This document shows positions 18,201-26,377 of a stretch of 59,665 nt of DNA, one piece after another. Source of the DNA: Acidimicrobiaceae bacterium (GTDB lineage: Bacteria; Actinomycetota; Acidimicrobiia; Acidimicrobiales; RAAP-2); assembly GCA_003134515.1 (NCBI GenBank), contig PLBM01000087.1:3922-63586 (forward strand). Reading direction: 5' to 3'. Position numbers and translations under genes: made by a program. Within the stretch, counting starts at the first letter, position 1; the number at the start of each line of letters is the position of its first letter. The notes under the pieces were generated by a model. The model was not told the origin of the DNA, searched no databases, and saw only the letters and a list, made by a program, of their open reading frames with translations.

Positions 18201-18773
18201 CGAGAGTACGCACGAGAGTACGCCCGGGTCCTCGTACTCGCTCGGGCGGCCGACCAGGCCCTTGGTCGAGGCGACGGCCCCTTTAGCCGGGCAGTGGCGG
18301 TGGAGCTTCATCGACTGATGTCCTACAAGGACGAATACGAAGTGGCTCGTTTGCATCTCTCGCGTGGCGCACGCGACGAGTTGGAGGGCGCGTTTGGCGC
18401 GAAACGTCGCGTGACGTATCACCTGATGCCTCCCTCGCTGGGATGGCTCGGGCTGAAGCGGAAACTCCGGCTACGCCTTAGCGCGACGTGGGGCTTTCAC
18501 GCGCTTCGCGCCGCCCGGCGACTGCGCGGCACCTCGCTCGATCCCTTCGGACGTAGCGCGGAGCGGCGCGAAGAGCGTCGAGTGCGCGACGACTACGTCG
18601 CCACGGTGGAACATCTGAGCAAAACGTTGCGCGCCGACACATATGAGTTCGCGCTAGAGGTAGCGAATCTGCCGTCGGAGATTCGGGGCTTTGGCGAGAT
18701 CAAGTCTCTGGCGATTCAACGGTACGAGGAACGGCGGCGCGATTTGCTGTCGACGACGGTGCCGACGCACTGA
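15279..18773 (+). CDS. Fused indolepyruvate:ferredoxin oxidoreductase family protein
   Basis: SGYPGSPL, NEELAATAV.GSQ, FCSGCPHN, GDGT TPP motif, CERCGDC...SNC ferredoxin, GIGGTGV/GIAQKGG beta domain, YKDEYEVARL. Confidence 0.93.
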   Translation: MAIDISERVKISLLDRYRATEGRVLLSGVQALVRLAMDQRRADLAAGLDTAGFISGYPGSPLAGLDLELTRRADLLSDLDVVHRPGLNEELAATAVAGSQLAMTRPDHTKEGVFAIWYGKAPGLDRASDALRHGNLMGAHRRGGVLVCVGDDPQAKSSSVPSTSEPALYSLAMPIMAPADPQEILDLGRHGFALSRLCGLWVGMRIPASVADCTLSVEVSAQRVRPVEPNLVVDGTPFAHQVSAQLLGAKLIELESSLYGPRIEIARRYARANALNQVTARGANDVLGIAAAGPAYLSVVRALRCVGLGTDDLAEAGVRLLKVSMPFPLDEGLIQEFAAGLEEILVVEDKRAFLETLIKGALYRVEGAPVIVGKVDEEGRVLVPATGEVDPDALVGVIASRLLRRRAIGSVQRWTERTRPVSPEPLSIVRGAYFCSGCPHNTSVRVPEGAIVGSGSGCHGLAIQMDTRQVGTVVGRFQMGGEGAMWNGMAPFVSTAHFFQNLGDGTLAHSGSLAIRAAVASKVNITFKLLVNDTVAMTGGQPIAGGRGTDDLVRQLLAEGVRRIIITSDEPRRNRVKGLPRGVDVWPRRRLVEAQSLLADTPGVTVLLHHQECAAELRRKRKRGLVATPPERVHVNTRLCERCGDCGTASNCLSVRSVETPFGTKTQIHQESCNLDLSCLNGRCPALVTVRTSSTSAQPARAVSAPLAAADPQLRVARDTFTIRLTGIGGTGVLTVAQIVAMAAHLEGRFVRELDQTGIAQKGGAVVSDLRLSTTAELTTARLGEEECDLYLGCDVLVAATSPNLMVASPQRTVAVTSTATVPIGRQIADSSIASPPLDVMRARIDARSRSELNVWMDAPRLAQERLGSDGYANVLLLGAAYQAGALPLSSASIEQAIELNGVDVEANRLAFRWGRHEVASRLDPGPPPGSAPEALVARDARIESIAATVGATSGGELDDLVRTRVADLADYQDREYAREYARVLVLARAADQALGRGDGPFSRAVAVELHRLMSYKDEYEVARLHLSRGARDELEGAFGAKRRVTYHLMPPSLGWLGLKRKLRLRLSATWGFHALRAARRLRGTSLDPFGRSAERREERRVRDDYVATVEHLSKTLRADTYEFALEVANLPSEIRGFGEIKSLAIQRYEERRRDLLSTTVPTH

Positions 18774-18895
18774 GTGATCGAGCGGATCGCCCAACTGGCG
18801 TGACTGTCGGGCCGGGACGCCGTGAGGACCCAGAGACTAGGGAAATCGTTAATATTCGGGTTCTTAATCTAGGTAGAGGAAATGTGAATCGCCTA

Positions 18896-19525
18896 CTACT
18901 TGTCGTCAGACCAGTCGAAGTCGTAAAGAATCCAATTCGAGTCTTTGAAATTCAAATCAATTCCCTCCGCCTTCGCGGAAAAAGATCCGACGCCACAGTC
19001 GCCCTTTTGCCAGATAAATCCGTCGGGCAGCGTGATTTGGGCCTCGTGGGGCTCTCCCGTCACTGGGTTCTTGAAAGAGTCACCAACGCCCTTACCAATA
19101 CCTTCGGCGTTTAGGGTCAGCGCTAGGCCGGAGCCTTGCACCGTGATGCGGGCTTTCACCAACCCGGCCACTTCATACGTGGTGCCGAGGATGGCCCAGG
19201 GATTGCCACCAAGTTGTCCGGTGTAGATCTGAGCAAGGCAACCAATCTGTGCTTCGGTTGTCTCGGGCTCAACTACAAAGACCGCCTTTCCACCGCCATC
19301 GTGGATTGCCTTCGGCCAGTCCATAATTGCAATTGCCTTGACGCCGGAGAGGTCCACGTCACTGCAGAATCCTTCATCAATGAAGTTTCCGACGAAAGCC
19401 TTACAACTTCCGTCCGCGGAACTCGGGAATCCCGAGAAGTTGCACGTGCAACCGGGTACGCAGTTACAGAATTCGTAGCCCGTACCGCGCAACCTCCACT
19501 TGGTCGTTTGCTGAGTAACCGTCAT
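18896..19525 (-). CDS. DUF1326 family Cys-rich protein
   Basis: W.L.G...EFCNC..GC.C...P....C N-terminal Cys cluster; 209 aa; adjacent to DUF2182. Confidence 0.85.
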   Translation of the reverse strand: MTVTQQTTKWRLRGTGYEFCNCVPGCTCNFSGFPSSADGSCKAFVGNFIDEGFCSDVDLSGVKAIAIMDWPKAIHDGGGKAVFVVEPETTEAQIGCLAQIYTGQLGGNPWAILGTTYEVAGLVKARITVQGSGLALTLNAEGIGKGVGDSFKNPVTGEPHEAQITLPDGFIWQKGDCGVGSFSAKAEGIDLNFKDSNWILYDFDWSDDK

Positions 19526-19538
19526 TGCTACATTCCTC

Positions 19539-20327
19539 TCATGTAAGCCGACTCAGGAGAGCCGGGTGAAGCAAAAGACCCACGCCGAGACCGATGAACA
19601 CTGCCGCAGTTCCCCGGGCGATGAGCTCGCCGTTCGCGCTGACCTTCTCGAGGTAGATGAGCAGGGCGAGAATTATCATCCATGCCAACTGCATGGTCCC
19701 CAGGGCCACGAGAATTGACATCAGGGCCCAACAACAGCCGAAGCACATCAGCCCGTGCGTAGCGCCGGCCAAGGTTGCACCGAGGGGTCGGCGAAGATCG
19801 TGACGCTGACGCAAGAAGAACGACATCGGAGTGCGACACCGTCGTAGACAGACCAATTTCAGTGGAGAGAGTTGGTAGAGAGCGGCAACGAGGAAGACGG
19901 TGCCCGCGATTCGGGCGGCCCACGTGGCGTCGTTACCAATCGGGCCCTGCAACGCGCGCCATGCGAAGTAGGCCGGAACCCCTGCGGCGGACCAAACCGA
20001 GAGATAGCCAGCTACGAAGAATGGCGTGGGCGCGGTCTGACGACGAATCGCGGCGCCGCGAAAGAGCACGACGACGGGGACTATCGCGGGAAACATCATC
20101 GCGCACATCATCGCGACCCAGCCACCTATGAATGCCAAGAACGAAAGAGTGGTTCCTCCCATTGATAGGGCGTGGGAGTCACTCATCATCATTTGATGGA
20201 CCATTCGGGCCGAAAACCACCATCCCCATACGGCCACCGCCAAGAGCAGTAGGGGTGCGGGGCCGTTACTCGTGAGGAGTTTCTTGGCGGGCACGACTGG
20301 AAACTTCGTCGACGATAGCCAGGCCAT
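19539..20327 (-). CDS. DUF2182 predicted metal-binding integral membrane protein
   Basis: W..MM.AMMFP, YQLSPLK..CL..CR.P, G..CFGCCWALM, LEK motifs. Confidence 0.88.
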   Translation of the reverse strand: MAWLSSTKFPVVPAKKLLTSNGPAPLLLLAVAVWGWWFSARMVHQMMMSDSHALSMGGTTLSFLAFIGGWVAMMCAMMFPAIVPVVVLFRGAAIRRQTAPTPFFVAGYLSVWSAAGVPAYFAWRALQGPIGNDATWAARIAGTVFLVAALYQLSPLKLVCLRRCRTPMSFFLRQRHDLRRPLGATLAGATHGLMCFGCCWALMSILVALGTMQLAWMIILALLIYLEKVSANGELIARGTAAVFIGLGVGLLLHPALLSRLT

Positions 20328-20453
20328 CTACCCCCCCAACCGATGCGCGCAGAGTAACACCGGCCATAGTCGAATGCAATCGGAATGAACTTGCCAGCCG
20401 GTGGAGCGATTCATCGATGTGTGGTGGTGACACCGGGTCGTCTCCGACACCGC

Positions 20454-21380
20454 CTAAGGGTGCAGCCCCGGTTCGTGGGCGACGTGCGTGGCCGGTTCAA
20501 GCTGGAAGGTAGCGTGTTCGAGGTCGAAGTGCCCGGCGAGGCATTTTTGCAGGGCGTCGAGTATTTGGGGGGCGTGGCCGCTGTCAAAGCAATGGTCTTC
20601 GACCACGACGTGGGCGGACAGCGTCATCAGGCCCGACGTGACGGTCCAGGCGTGGAGGTCGTGGACGTCCAGGACGTGTTCGACTCTGGTCAAGTGGGTG
20701 CGCACGTCGGTGAGATCGAGAGTGTCCGGAGACGCTTGAAGGAGAATTTTCCCCGCGTCACGCAAAAGTTCCCACGCGGTTTTCGCCATCAGCGCGACGA
20801 CGAAGAGCGAAGCAATGGCGTCGGCTCGCTCCCAGTGGCTAAAGATGATGATCACGCCGGCCACGCCTGTTCCGATGAAGGCGAAGAGGTCCGTGACGAT
20901 GTGTACGTAGGCGCCGCGCATGTTAAGACTCGTTCGGTTGGTCTTACTCAACAGCCAGCTGGCGACGATGTTGATGATCGCGCCGATGATCGCCACGGTG
21001 AGGAGCAGACCACCCTTGACGTGTTGGGGCGAGATGAGCCGCTGGATAGCCTCCACACCGATGAGCAACGCGATGGCGACGAGGGTCACGCCGTTGATCG
21101 CCGCCGACACAATCTCCGCTCGCTGCAAACCAAAGGTCCAGCGTCCTTGCGCGGGCCTTCTCGCCAGTCGAATCGCCCAAGCGCTCATGCCAAGTGCGGC
21201 AACGTCGGTCAACATGTGTCCGGCGTCGGCGAAAAGAACTAGTGAACGACCAATGATTGCCGCCGCCACCTCCCCGACCAGAAAAGCGAGAATGAGGCTT
21301 AGGACAATCAAGACGTAGCGAATGTCAGTGTTCGCCGTCACTTCGCGCGAGTGATGGGGTTGGTTGTCGTCGTCAGCCAC
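20454..21380 (-). CDS. Cation diffusion facilitator (CzcD/ZitB-like Zn/Co/Cd exporter; start uncertain)
   Basis: ADAGHMLTD, TFG.QRAEI, NMRGAYVHIVTD, VHDLHAW, HATFQLE. Confidence 0.92.
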   Translation of the reverse strand: MADDDNQPHHSREVTANTDIRYVLIVLSLILAFLVGEVAAAIIGRSLVLFADAGHMLTDVAALGMSAWAIRLARRPAQGRWTFGLQRAEIVSAAINGVTLVAIALLIGVEAIQRLISPQHVKGGLLLTVAIIGAIINIVASWLLSKTNRTSLNMRGAYVHIVTDLFAFIGTGVAGVIIIFSHWERADAIASLFVVALMAKTAWELLRDAGKILLQASPDTLDLTDVRTHLTRVEHVLDVHDLHAWTVTSGLMTLSAHVVVEDHCFDSGHAPQILDALQKCLAGHFDLEHATFQLEPATHVAHEPGLHP

Positions 21381-21581
21381 GAGTTGGCGCCGCACTATCA
21401 CTCGCCTCGAATTGCGTCACGGTGTCATTGTCTCATGAACGTGAAGGTTCAATCGGCACAACTTCGAGCCGATGTAAGAAGAGTGGCGTTTGCTGATCAA
21501 GACTTCGTCGAAGGCCGGTGTCGGCACTTGTATGGGGCACTTTGAACTTGCTACTTCAATGACGACAACTAGAATGTATTA

Positions 21582-23306
21582 ATGCCTCGCGATGACACTG
21601 GCAACGATCGCGAGCGATCTTCGGGAAAAATTCCGAACGAACAACGACTCGTTCAACTCGGCCAGGACGTCGATCGTCGCTCCTCGGGTACCTCAACTCA
21701 TCGAGTGCGAAGTCGCCGACGCACGTGGATACGAAGAAGCGTGATCGCATTCGCGCTCGTCGTCGTGCTCCTCGTTGGAGCGGTGGTCGGTGACTACTAC
21801 TACCTCGGGTCCCTCATTCATCACCAGAAGGTGAACAGCCTCCAAACGGCCGGAGCTAGCGAGAATATTCTGCTTATCGGTTCGACTACTCGATGCGGAC
21901 TGAAGGTTCAGAACATCGCGTACGGACTCTGCTCCCAGGGTGTCACCGGCGTCAACAGCGACATCGACATGATTCTCCACCTCGATCCCAGCACGGGCTC
22001 GGTGTCGTTGATGTCAATTCCGCGCGACCTCTTTATCCCCAACGCCCGGATCGAGGGCGCCAATAAGATTGACGCGGCCCTCTACCAAGGGCCGAGTCAA
22101 CTGGTGGCGGCGATTGAGGAAGATTTCGCGATTCCGATCAACCACTACGTGGAGCTGAATTTTGACACCTTCGCGAGCGTGGTTAACGCGTTGGGCGGGG
22201 TCTACATGGACTTTCCAGTTCCCATTTTCGACCAGGAATCGGGTCTGAACATTGAACGGCCGGGCTGCTATTTGCTCGACGGCGTGAAGGCGCTCGAACT
22301 CGTACGAGCTCGACACCTTCAGATCCAAAACACGCCGTCCAACCACAACCCGCGTTCGTGGCCCCAGGAGGCGCTCTCGGACCTGGCGAGAATCCGACGT
22401 ACGCACGAGTTCCTACGGGTCTTGGCGGCCAAGGTCGCCGCGCGGGGCCTGAGTAATCCGATCACCGACCAGAGCATCGCGACGGCCGTCTTGCCGAGTC
22501 TGACCGTCGATAACCGATTCAGTGAGTCCTCGATGGTTGGCCTCGCCCGGACGTTCGCCCACACGAACATCGCCAAGGTGCTTCAGTACACGTTTCCGGT
22601 CATCCAGGTCGAGACCGGCTCCTTGCTCTACCAGGGTTACTACTACGGCGACGTCGTGTTCCCGGTGCAGCCGACCGGCGTCAACTCGATAAATCAGATT
22701 CTGGGTGTGGCCGCTGGCATGAATTCCTTCACCGACCAGCCGTTGCCCGCGCCGTCGAGCTTTCCCCTCTCGATTGAGAACGGCACGGGCGTGGCCAGCC
22801 AGGCCGCGGTCGTGGCGAGCGAGTTGACGGCCAAGGGCTTCAAGATCAAGTCCACCAGTGACGTGACACCGGTGGGCCCGGTGAGCGAGACGGTTGTCTG
22901 GTACGGCGGACCGAAGCCGCCCGCGAACGGTAACTGGACGAGTCCGGCCCAAGCGGACGCCCAGGCCGTCCTCGCGCAGCTGCAAGGTCCGGCAATCTTG
23001 GGATACGACCCGGCCAATGTGACGGCCGGTTCGTTGGTGACAGTGCAGACCGGTACCGATCTCTCTGTCAAAGCGAAGGTTTCGACGACGAAGACGACGA
23101 CGACGAAGCCAACCACCAAGACCACCAAGACCACCTCGGTCACTACGACGACGATCTACGACCCGCCGGGGGTGAAGACGAACCCCCAGTTCAGCGTCCC
23201 GAGCGCGGTCAGCTCTGCGTTGGAACCGTGGGACCCGAGGGCGTGTAACGCCGCGAACACCGGTCCGGCCGTCGTGGCGACCACGACTACCACCAAGTCG
23301 AAGTGA
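21582..23306 (+). CDS. LytR-CpsA-Psr (LCP) family protein with LytR_C domain and Thr/Lys-rich tail
   Basis: TM anchor, NILLIGS, SD..MILH, SIPRDL, KIDAA, SDLARIRR; C-terminal ENGTG..SQA..V...L...GF. Confidence 0.9.
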   Translation: MPRDDTGNDRERSSGKIPNEQRLVQLGQDVDRRSSGTSTHRVRSRRRTWIRRSVIAFALVVVLLVGAVVGDYYYLGSLIHHQKVNSLQTAGASENILLIGSTTRCGLKVQNIAYGLCSQGVTGVNSDIDMILHLDPSTGSVSLMSIPRDLFIPNARIEGANKIDAALYQGPSQLVAAIEEDFAIPINHYVELNFDTFASVVNALGGVYMDFPVPIFDQESGLNIERPGCYLLDGVKALELVRARHLQIQNTPSNHNPRSWPQEALSDLARIRRTHEFLRVLAAKVAARGLSNPITDQSIATAVLPSLTVDNRFSESSMVGLARTFAHTNIAKVLQYTFPVIQVETGSLLYQGYYYGDVVFPVQPTGVNSINQILGVAAGMNSFTDQPLPAPSSFPLSIENGTGVASQAAVVASELTAKGFKIKSTSDVTPVGPVSETVVWYGGPKPPANGNWTSPAQADAQAVLAQLQGPAILGYDPANVTAGSLVTVQTGTDLSVKAKVSTTKTTTTKPTTKTTKTTSVTTTTIYDPPGVKTNPQFSVPSAVSSALEPWDPRACNAANTGPAVVATTTTTKSK

Positions 23307-23342
23307 GCTCACCACGCGTGTGCGTGGTCGCGACGCGATGAT

Positions 23343-23855
23343 TCAGTCCGTGTAGAGCTTGATGCCGAGCACCAATAGCGTCGCCGAAATCACGATCGGC
23401 GTGATAACGGGTCCTATCGAGGTGACGGGAATGAGGAAATAGACGTCCTTGGTCATAAAGCTGCTCGGCCAGTTGTCCAAGATCTTGAGGAAGAGATAGT
23501 AGGCCAGGTCCCAGCAGGCGAAGCCCACCAAGAATGCTCCCATTCGTTGGCGCCAACCCTTGGCCGCGAGGTAAGCGAGACAGAACAGCATGATGAGGGT
23601 CGCGCTCTCGCGCGCTACTTCGATGTCACTGATTCGATGGCTCACCAGCACCGAGTGCACGGGTGAGACAAAGGTAATGAATCCGAGATTCAACCAGACC
23701 TTGTAGTGGGCGATCGAGTAGCCGTCACGAAAACGCAGGAGGATCCGTAGGTAGTACACCACGGCGGCCTCAACGTAGCCAAAGGCCACGCCAAAGACGA
23801 TCAGTATGAGCAGATTGGTACGCCGGGAACTGTTTTCTCGCGCAAAGCGACGCAC
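23343..23855 (-). CDS. Hypothetical integral membrane protein
   Basis: EAAVVYYLR, E..RE.ATL.ML, WDL.YY.FL, DVYFLIP hydrophobic motifs; TACACT -10 box 6 nt before GTG 23855. Confidence 0.75.
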   Translation of the reverse strand: MRRFARENSSRRTNLLILIVFGVAFGYVEAAVVYYLRILLRFRDGYSIAHYKVWLNLGFITFVSPVHSVLVSHRISDIEVARESATLIMLFCLAYLAAKGWRQRMGAFLVGFACWDLAYYLFLKILDNWPSSFMTKDVYFLIPVTSIGPVITPIVISATLLVLGIKLYTD

Positions 23856-23902
23856 GGGCCAAGTGTAACGAGACTGGCCGCGATCGCTCGGGGCGAACTT
23901 GC

Positions 23903-24358
23903 TTAGTCGTCGGCGAACTTCGTGCCGCAACTCATGCAGTAGTTCTGACCGGGCAGACGTAATTTGCCACACGAAGGACACTTCGTCGAGGCCGGCGTCG
24001 CGCTCGCTTCGGTGACCGTGGGCGTCTGGGCCGGTGTGCTTCGATCGGCGGCGTACCTATTGCCCGTTAATTTGCTGGGATAACACAGGAGAATGATGCC
24101 CCACGGCGCAATGAATGAAGTGAGCACCCACCAACCCGAGCGGCCCGCGTCGTGGTGGCGTCGAACGGCAACCGCGAGCGCGGGAACGATCAATCCGAGA
24201 AACCACAAGAATCGAAGAAGCGCGAGGCCGGTGAGGCCCAGGAGCACGCTGCCGAGCACGTTGAAGAGTGCGAACCACCAGTTCTCCGGTCGGGTGGCCA
24301 CGCCCGAGAAGTCGGCGTACTTTTTGAAACAGGTTTTGACGGCGGTTGTGAAATTCAC
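23903..24358 (-). CDS. DUF805 membrane protein with C-terminal zinc ribbon
   Basis: KYADFSG.ATR.E.WW, VRR.HD.GRSGWW; CPSC...YCMSCG; GGAGG SD. Confidence 0.88.
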   Translation of the reverse strand: MNFTTAVKTCFKKYADFSGVATRPENWWFALFNVLGSVLLGLTGLALLRFLWFLGLIVPALAVAVRRHHDAGRSGWWVLTSFIAPWGIILLCYPSKLTGNRYAADRSTPAQTPTVTEASATPASTKCPSCGKLRLPGQNYCMSCGTKFADD

Positions 24359-24577
24359 CCGCACCTCCGATTCGTCGATCAAGGTCAAACAGCTTGAGAT
24401 TTTTTCTCACGCTACACCTCAGCGTGGCGACCACTCCGCGCCACCTCGCAGGCGAGCGTCGTGAAGTGCTTGACGACGGACGCGGTCGCGGACACGTCGC
24501 GCACGCAAAGTGGTGAGCGTGGTGGCTCGATTGAGGAACCGGTGCACTGGCAATTCATTGGTAGACTTGAGGGACAC

Positions 24578-24599
24578 GAAGCCCTCAATTGAGGGGTTC
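24578..24599. promoter_or_regulatory. Palindromic operator candidate upstream of sqdB
   Basis: GAAG-CCCTCAATTGAGGG-GTTC (perfect 14-bp core) just downstream of TAGACT at 24562-24567. Confidence 0.45.
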
Positions 24600-24645
24600 A
24601 GCGGCTTGTTTGGCCGTTACCCACACTTACGCATTAGGAGTTTTC

Positions 24646-25842
24646 ATGAAGATATTGGTACTTGGCGGTGACGGTTTCTGTGGCTGGCCCACATCGCTGC
24701 ACCTGTCGGATCTTGGTCACGACGTCACGATTGTGGACAACCTGAGTCGTCGCGAGATCGACCTCGAACTCGAGGTCGACTCACTCACTCCGATTCGCCC
24801 GATCGGTGAACGACGTCGAGTGTGGCAGTCGATCACGGGTAAGGAGATCGGCTTCGTTCATCTCGACCTCGCCGAAGAGTTCGATCGCTTCGAAGCGCTT
24901 CTGAGCGAGCTTCGCCCGGACGCGCTCGTGCACTTTGCGGAGCAGCGGGCCGCGCCGTACTCGATGCGCAGCACCGCGGCCAAGCGATACACCGTGGACA
25001 ACAACGTACGCGCGACCCACAACGTCTTGGCCGCCATCGTCGCCAGTGGTCTGGACATTGCCTTAGTTCACCTGGGCACCATGGGCGTCTACGGGTACGG
25101 CTGGTCCGGTTCGGCGCCGATCCCCGAGGGCTATCTCACCGTCAAGGTCCCGACGCCCGACGGGGACATTGAGCGTGAGATTCTGCACCCGGCTAATCCC
25201 GGCTCGGTCTATCACCTCACCAAGACCCTCGACCAGTTGCTCTTCGCCTTTTACTGCGCCAACGACCAGTTGCGCGTCACCGACCTGCACCAGGGCATCG
25301 TCTGGGGCACTCAAACGCCCCAGACCGCGCTCGATGAACGGCTCATCAACCGTTTCGACTACGACGGCGACTACGGCACCGTGCTCAATCGCTTCTTGAT
25401 GCAGGCCGCCATCGGCCATCCGTTGACCGTGCACGGCACCGGCGGTCAGACACGCGCCTTCATCCACATTCGTGACACGGTTCGCTGCGTGCAAATAGCG
25501 TTGGAGAATCCGCCCGCGCGAGGCGACAAGCCCTTGGTCTTCAATCAGGTCACCGAGGTTCATCGCGTGCGTGAGTTGGCCGAACTCATCTCCAGGTTGA
25601 CTGGCGTTGAGGTGGCGTTCCTGCCCAACCCTCGCCGCGAAGCGGTGGAGAACGAGCTCAACGTCAGCCGAGAGAAGTTCTTGGCGCTCGGACTCAATCC
25701 GATTCGTCTGTCGGAGGGTCTGCTCGAAGAGGTGCGTGAGGTCGCGCTGCGTTACAAGGACCGTGCCGACCCGACCAAGATCATCGCCCGATCGGTCTGG
25801 CGCCAGGGCATGGAGACTTCGCCCGATCTGATGAAGAGTTAG
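24646..25842 (+). CDS. sqdB: UDP-sulfoquinovose synthase
   Basis: GGDGFCGWPT, HFAEQRAAPYSM, HLGTMGVYGY, NPGSVYHLTK, DLHQGIVWG, RFDYDGDYGTVLNRF; TAGGAG SD. Confidence 0.93.
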   Translation: MKILVLGGDGFCGWPTSLHLSDLGHDVTIVDNLSRREIDLELEVDSLTPIRPIGERRRVWQSITGKEIGFVHLDLAEEFDRFEALLSELRPDALVHFAEQRAAPYSMRSTAAKRYTVDNNVRATHNVLAAIVASGLDIALVHLGTMGVYGYGWSGSAPIPEGYLTVKVPTPDGDIEREILHPANPGSVYHLTKTLDQLLFAFYCANDQLRVTDLHQGIVWGTQTPQTALDERLINRFDYDGDYGTVLNRFLMQAAIGHPLTVHGTGGQTRAFIHIRDTVRCVQIALENPPARGDKPLVFNQVTEVHRVRELAELISRLTGVEVAFLPNPRREAVENELNVSREKFLALGLNPIRLSEGLLEEVREVALRYKDRADPTKIIARSVWRQGMETSPDLMKS

Positions 25843-25894
25843 GGAACCTTCGTAGTTCCCCACTCCGCGTGTCGGGGCGTGTGAGAATCCGGAC

Positions 25895-26377
25895 ATGCCC
25901 ATCAACTATCACTACACCCGTCACCCGCGGGCAGTCGAACTCGAATCCGCGGCCGTGCCCGTCAAGACTCGCGACTTTCGAGGGATCAAGAACGACAACG
26001 TCTTCGTTCGCATCAACGCCAAATTTGGTCTTCGCATCACGCTGGTCGTGGGCACCATGTGGGCCGCGTACGTCTTTACGATCATCGCGCTCTTCGCTCT
26101 GCCGTCGGCCATTCACCAAGGCACGTACTTCGTCGTCGTGTGGCTCTCCAGCAGCTTTCTGCAGTTGGTGTTGTTGCCCATCATCATCGTGGGTCAGAAC
26201 ATCCAAGCCAAGGCCGCCGACAAACGGGCCGAGGAGACTTACAAGGACGCCGAGGCTGTGTTAAAGGAAGCCGAAGAGATCCAAAAGCATCTCGTGGCCC
26301 AAGACGAGGTCATCTCGGGCATCTTGAGTCGGCTTGAGGGACTCTCAGGCGCGACGCCTCTCAAGGCCAGTACTTAG
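25895..26377 (+). CDS. DUF1003-like membrane protein
   Basis: IT..VGTMW..Y.F and LQLVLLPII.VGQN motifs followed by a coiled coil. Confidence 0.7.
   Translation: MPINYHYTRHPRAVELESAAVPVKTRDFRGIKNDNVFVRINAKFGLRITLVVGTMWAAYVFTIIALFALPSAIHQGTYFVVVWLSSSFLQLVLLPIIIVGQNIQAKAADKRAEETYKDAEAVLKEAEEIQKHLVAQDEVISGILSRLEGLSGATPLKAST

Noticed and set aside
21436-21451. TGAAC-N6-GTTCA inverted repeat upstream of the CDF gene as an ArsR/SmtB operator
   Set aside because: Only 5-bp arms, spacing differs from the TGAA-N6-TTCA core I recall for CzrA/SmtB, and no adjacent ArsR gene; too weak to call.
23081-23152. ACG/ACC/AAG trinucleotide-like repeats (also about 48770-48855 and 6365-6390)
   Set aside because: These encode Thr/Ser/Asp-rich protein linkers. 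There is no repeat-spacer structure, and I saw no CRISPR array or cas gene in the window.
22413-23315. 300-aa antisense ORF and many other long overlapping ORFs (e.g. 46357-47565, 16163-17080, 41715-42599, 20385-21242)
   Set aside because: They are shadows of well-supported genes on the opposite strand in high-GC DNA and lack recognisable motifs.
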